From: Klebsormidium nitens
Lineage: Eukaryota > Plantae > Klebsormidiophyceae
DNA: 64,000 nucleotides
NCBI GenBank assembly: GCA_000708835.1
Contig: DF237209.1
Location: 56,268-120,267 of the forward strand
Direction of reading: 5' to 3'
Shown here: in pieces, positions 61,530-64,000 of the stretch
Numbering within the stretch: the first letter of the stretch is position 1
Layout: each line of letters starts with the position of its first letter
Translations under genes and position numbers: made by a program
The notes under the pieces: generated by a model
The model's database searches: none
The model's input: only the letters and a program-made list of their open reading frames with translations
What the model was told of the DNA's origin: nothing

Positions 61530-63859
61530 CTGCAGCGGATGAAAAAGGCGTGGTGTTGGGCCGCCGAAAGAGGGTCATTCCCACTTCACATGACACGTCC
61601 AGTTCTGCTCGATACCGCCGTTTTTGGCCGACTTGGCCGCTTCGCAATCAGAAAAAGACGTATAATCGTCACTTCGCAGAACCGAGCAGAACCAATTTTG
61701 GTAATGGCTTGTGAAACTGGCCGTTGATTGCCCTTGAAACTTTTGATATGTAAGGAAAGCTGCGTCAAAGGCGAACAGCATGATTGGGCTGGCGACGGAG
61801 GCCTAAAGAGCGGGAATATGGGGTACAGTTCTTGGGGTGCACCTGCTTGGCTGCAATTGGAGGGGGGGAGGAAGTGAGGGGTAAAGATTGGGCGAGTCTG
61901 AGAAGGGAAGGTAATGCGCTTGAGATGCCTCAAATTGAGCGTCGCAAGGCGGGGAGGAAAGAGCAACTTTCAACGATCAGAAGTGATTTGATAAGCGCAA
62001 AGGATGCAAGCTTGTCTAAAAAAAACGGGGTTCTTACTTTGACCAGGTCTCCAGGTGCTTTGCGAGCGGGTCTCTCCTCCCTCCCAGGGCACGTTAATTA
62101 TCCATGCAAATGCTCTAAAAAGAATGAGTCTGCTTTCATCATGTGTTCTTCGAAGCTTAGCGCTGAACACTTGTCATATAGTGCTTCAAGATGCATGTGC
62201 ATCCAGGCCTCGGCGTACACTGAGGGGACACTGAGCCTCCTGATACAAAGAGAACAACGGCGGTTTGCCCGATGCACCCTCACTCTGCCTGATACTGATT
62301 GATGAAGAGTCACTGCAGCTTAACAACTGGACACATGATGATCTTAGCGTTCATCTTTAAACTTGCCCAGATCAACATAGACCTTCTACTTACTTGAGGT
62401 ACACAAAAATATAGAATACAGAAGAATGAGCAGAATGAAGTTGCTCAGTACCCAGCTCTTTCTGGAGCCCTGATTGGCCAACTGCGATTGGATTTTCGTG
62501 GTTGTTCTTTGGCGCTGGACCGCTGTCCCCTCCCGCATACTCCTTTTTGGCTTGCAGACCGCTTTTTTGTCATGCAAGCCGGGTTGCTAGCCCACCTCTG
62601 AGGTCGTTAAACTTGTCCTCCTTGTCACCCACCGACACCAGCTAGACACTTCATCACAATCAGCATGGACCTCTCTATCATGCTCCATGCTGGCGCCACC
62701 TGCTTTTCTCCTTTGGCAGAGCGCTCATGAGAACTTTAGGACCTTGCCACATGGTACATTCGGAAACGATCGTGAGCAACCGGCCGTGGTGGAATAAGAA
62801 GGCGAGAAGGCTGGTGCAGATCCCCCACTCATGTGCAACATAATTCACCGCAGTCTATTGCGAAGGCACCGCATTGGCTGCCTGTACTTGACCTGCTCAC
62901 TAACTTCCCCATTGGAATTAGCTAGCTGCAAGGACCTTGCAAGACTAATGCTGTCTGGATTTGACATGTGTGTTTGATCAGGCGCTGAGCCGATCGACGA
63001 ACTGCTTCTGTGTAGGGGGCGAGCTGGCAGCGGTCGACAAAGCTTGGCGGGCCGGGGAAGCGTCAAAAGCCGGCGTTGTAACTTGTCTACAGGGAGCGCC
63101 AAGGAAAGCCATTTTTACTGGAGATTCGTAATACAGGCGAGGAGAAATATCAAGGGTGCCTACAGATCCTTCACTTAAAAAGTGCTCGAGAGGGTTTTCC
63201 GGCCGGGCTAGATCAACAATAACACAGCTCAGCTCAATATGTGCGCAGCACCTCAGCACGACAGCACCTAGGAGCCAGCTAGTCGATCAGGAAGCGGCAA
63301 GCGTGCGGCCGCGCGGTCCGTCAACCGTGTGACAAGCCTGAGGCATATGCACTCGCGCACCCCACCGAGGTGAAGCGCTCGAATTTAGCCCCGGGCCGGC
63401 CGGCCGGGACTTACTCCTCCAGGGTAAACAATTCTAGCATGCGGCCGCGCGGCCGGGGCCGGGCGGGGTTTCCGCCAGTTACGCCGTCCCAACTGCTATA
63501 CCGGTAGATCCGACTGGCCGGGTGGTACGTGACCGTACGTCGCGCGGAACGACGTACGTTGCAGTAGTGCATGACGTTGTTCGCACCTGGGTCGGGTTCA
63601 CATTGGGGTTTCTGCCGTAATTCGGTCTGCCATGATTCGCAATTGGAAGTACCCATGCTGACGTTTCAGCAGTTTCGGATTACGGTAGCCAGAATGGGTT
63701 CAGATTGCAATTTGGTCCATCGAAATCTTCACCGTGATTCAAAACTCTCGACCGGAGCCATGTGACTGACCACGTGAACCAGATTGAGTACACCCAGTAC
63801 ACAGTACCGTCAGCAAAGGCGGAGTCGTGACGATATCAAACCTGTACTTATCGTGATTG

Positions 63860-63898
63860 GGCTATCCAAACGCGGTCGTCGACCGCGTTTCGATAGCC
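63860..63898. other. Near-perfect 39-bp inverted repeat (cruciform/hairpin)
   Basis: GGCTATCCAAACGCGGTCG-T-CGACCGCGTTTCGATAGCC: 19-bp arms, one mismatch, 1-nt loop. Confidence 0.9.
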
Positions 63899-64000
63899 TC
63901 CCGGATTTGAGTAGATTTTCGACTTCGATAAGTTCTGAAGTTCGAAGAATTGGCCGTTAGCCCGCCGACTCTGCCGGGGTGACGCCGAGTGACGCAAGTC

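Noticed and set aside
62380-62900. Protein-like minus-strand fragments (VGDKEDKFNDLRGGLATRL)
   Set aside because: Too short and stop-ridden, with no family recognised and no match to PYD2 exons.

Overview
This is eukaryotic nuclear DNA with intron-rich genes, GT-AG introns and a plant-type gene set; a streptophyte alga such as Klebsormidium is my inference, not something the sequence proves. I could reconstruct nine protein-coding genes by hand. They alternate strictly in orientation: PrmC/HemK methyltransferase (+, 5'-truncated), DUF3172 protein (-), MAEA/Gid9 (+), VOC/glyoxalase (-), double Dabb stress barrel (+), HAD hydrolase (-), cytosolic malate dehydrogenase (+), dual-specificity phosphatase (-) and dihydropyrimidinase (+). 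They form four head-to-head pairs, and the regions behind 3' ends are rich in CATG/TGCA-type palindromes. A ~13 kb gene-free block (16.2-29.3 kb) is a decayed array of an unidentified minus-strand coding unit. The most unusual signal is repeated local duplication of splice junctions together with adjacent exon sequence. The dihydropyrimidinase exon-6 acceptor occurs in five tandem copies, and one intronic copy differs from the real exon only at synonymous sites. An inverted pseudo-copy of the last two exons lies downstream. A clean hAT-type MITE with an 8-bp TSD is also present. I found no rRNA, tRNA or CRISPR array. All alignments and counts were done by eye.
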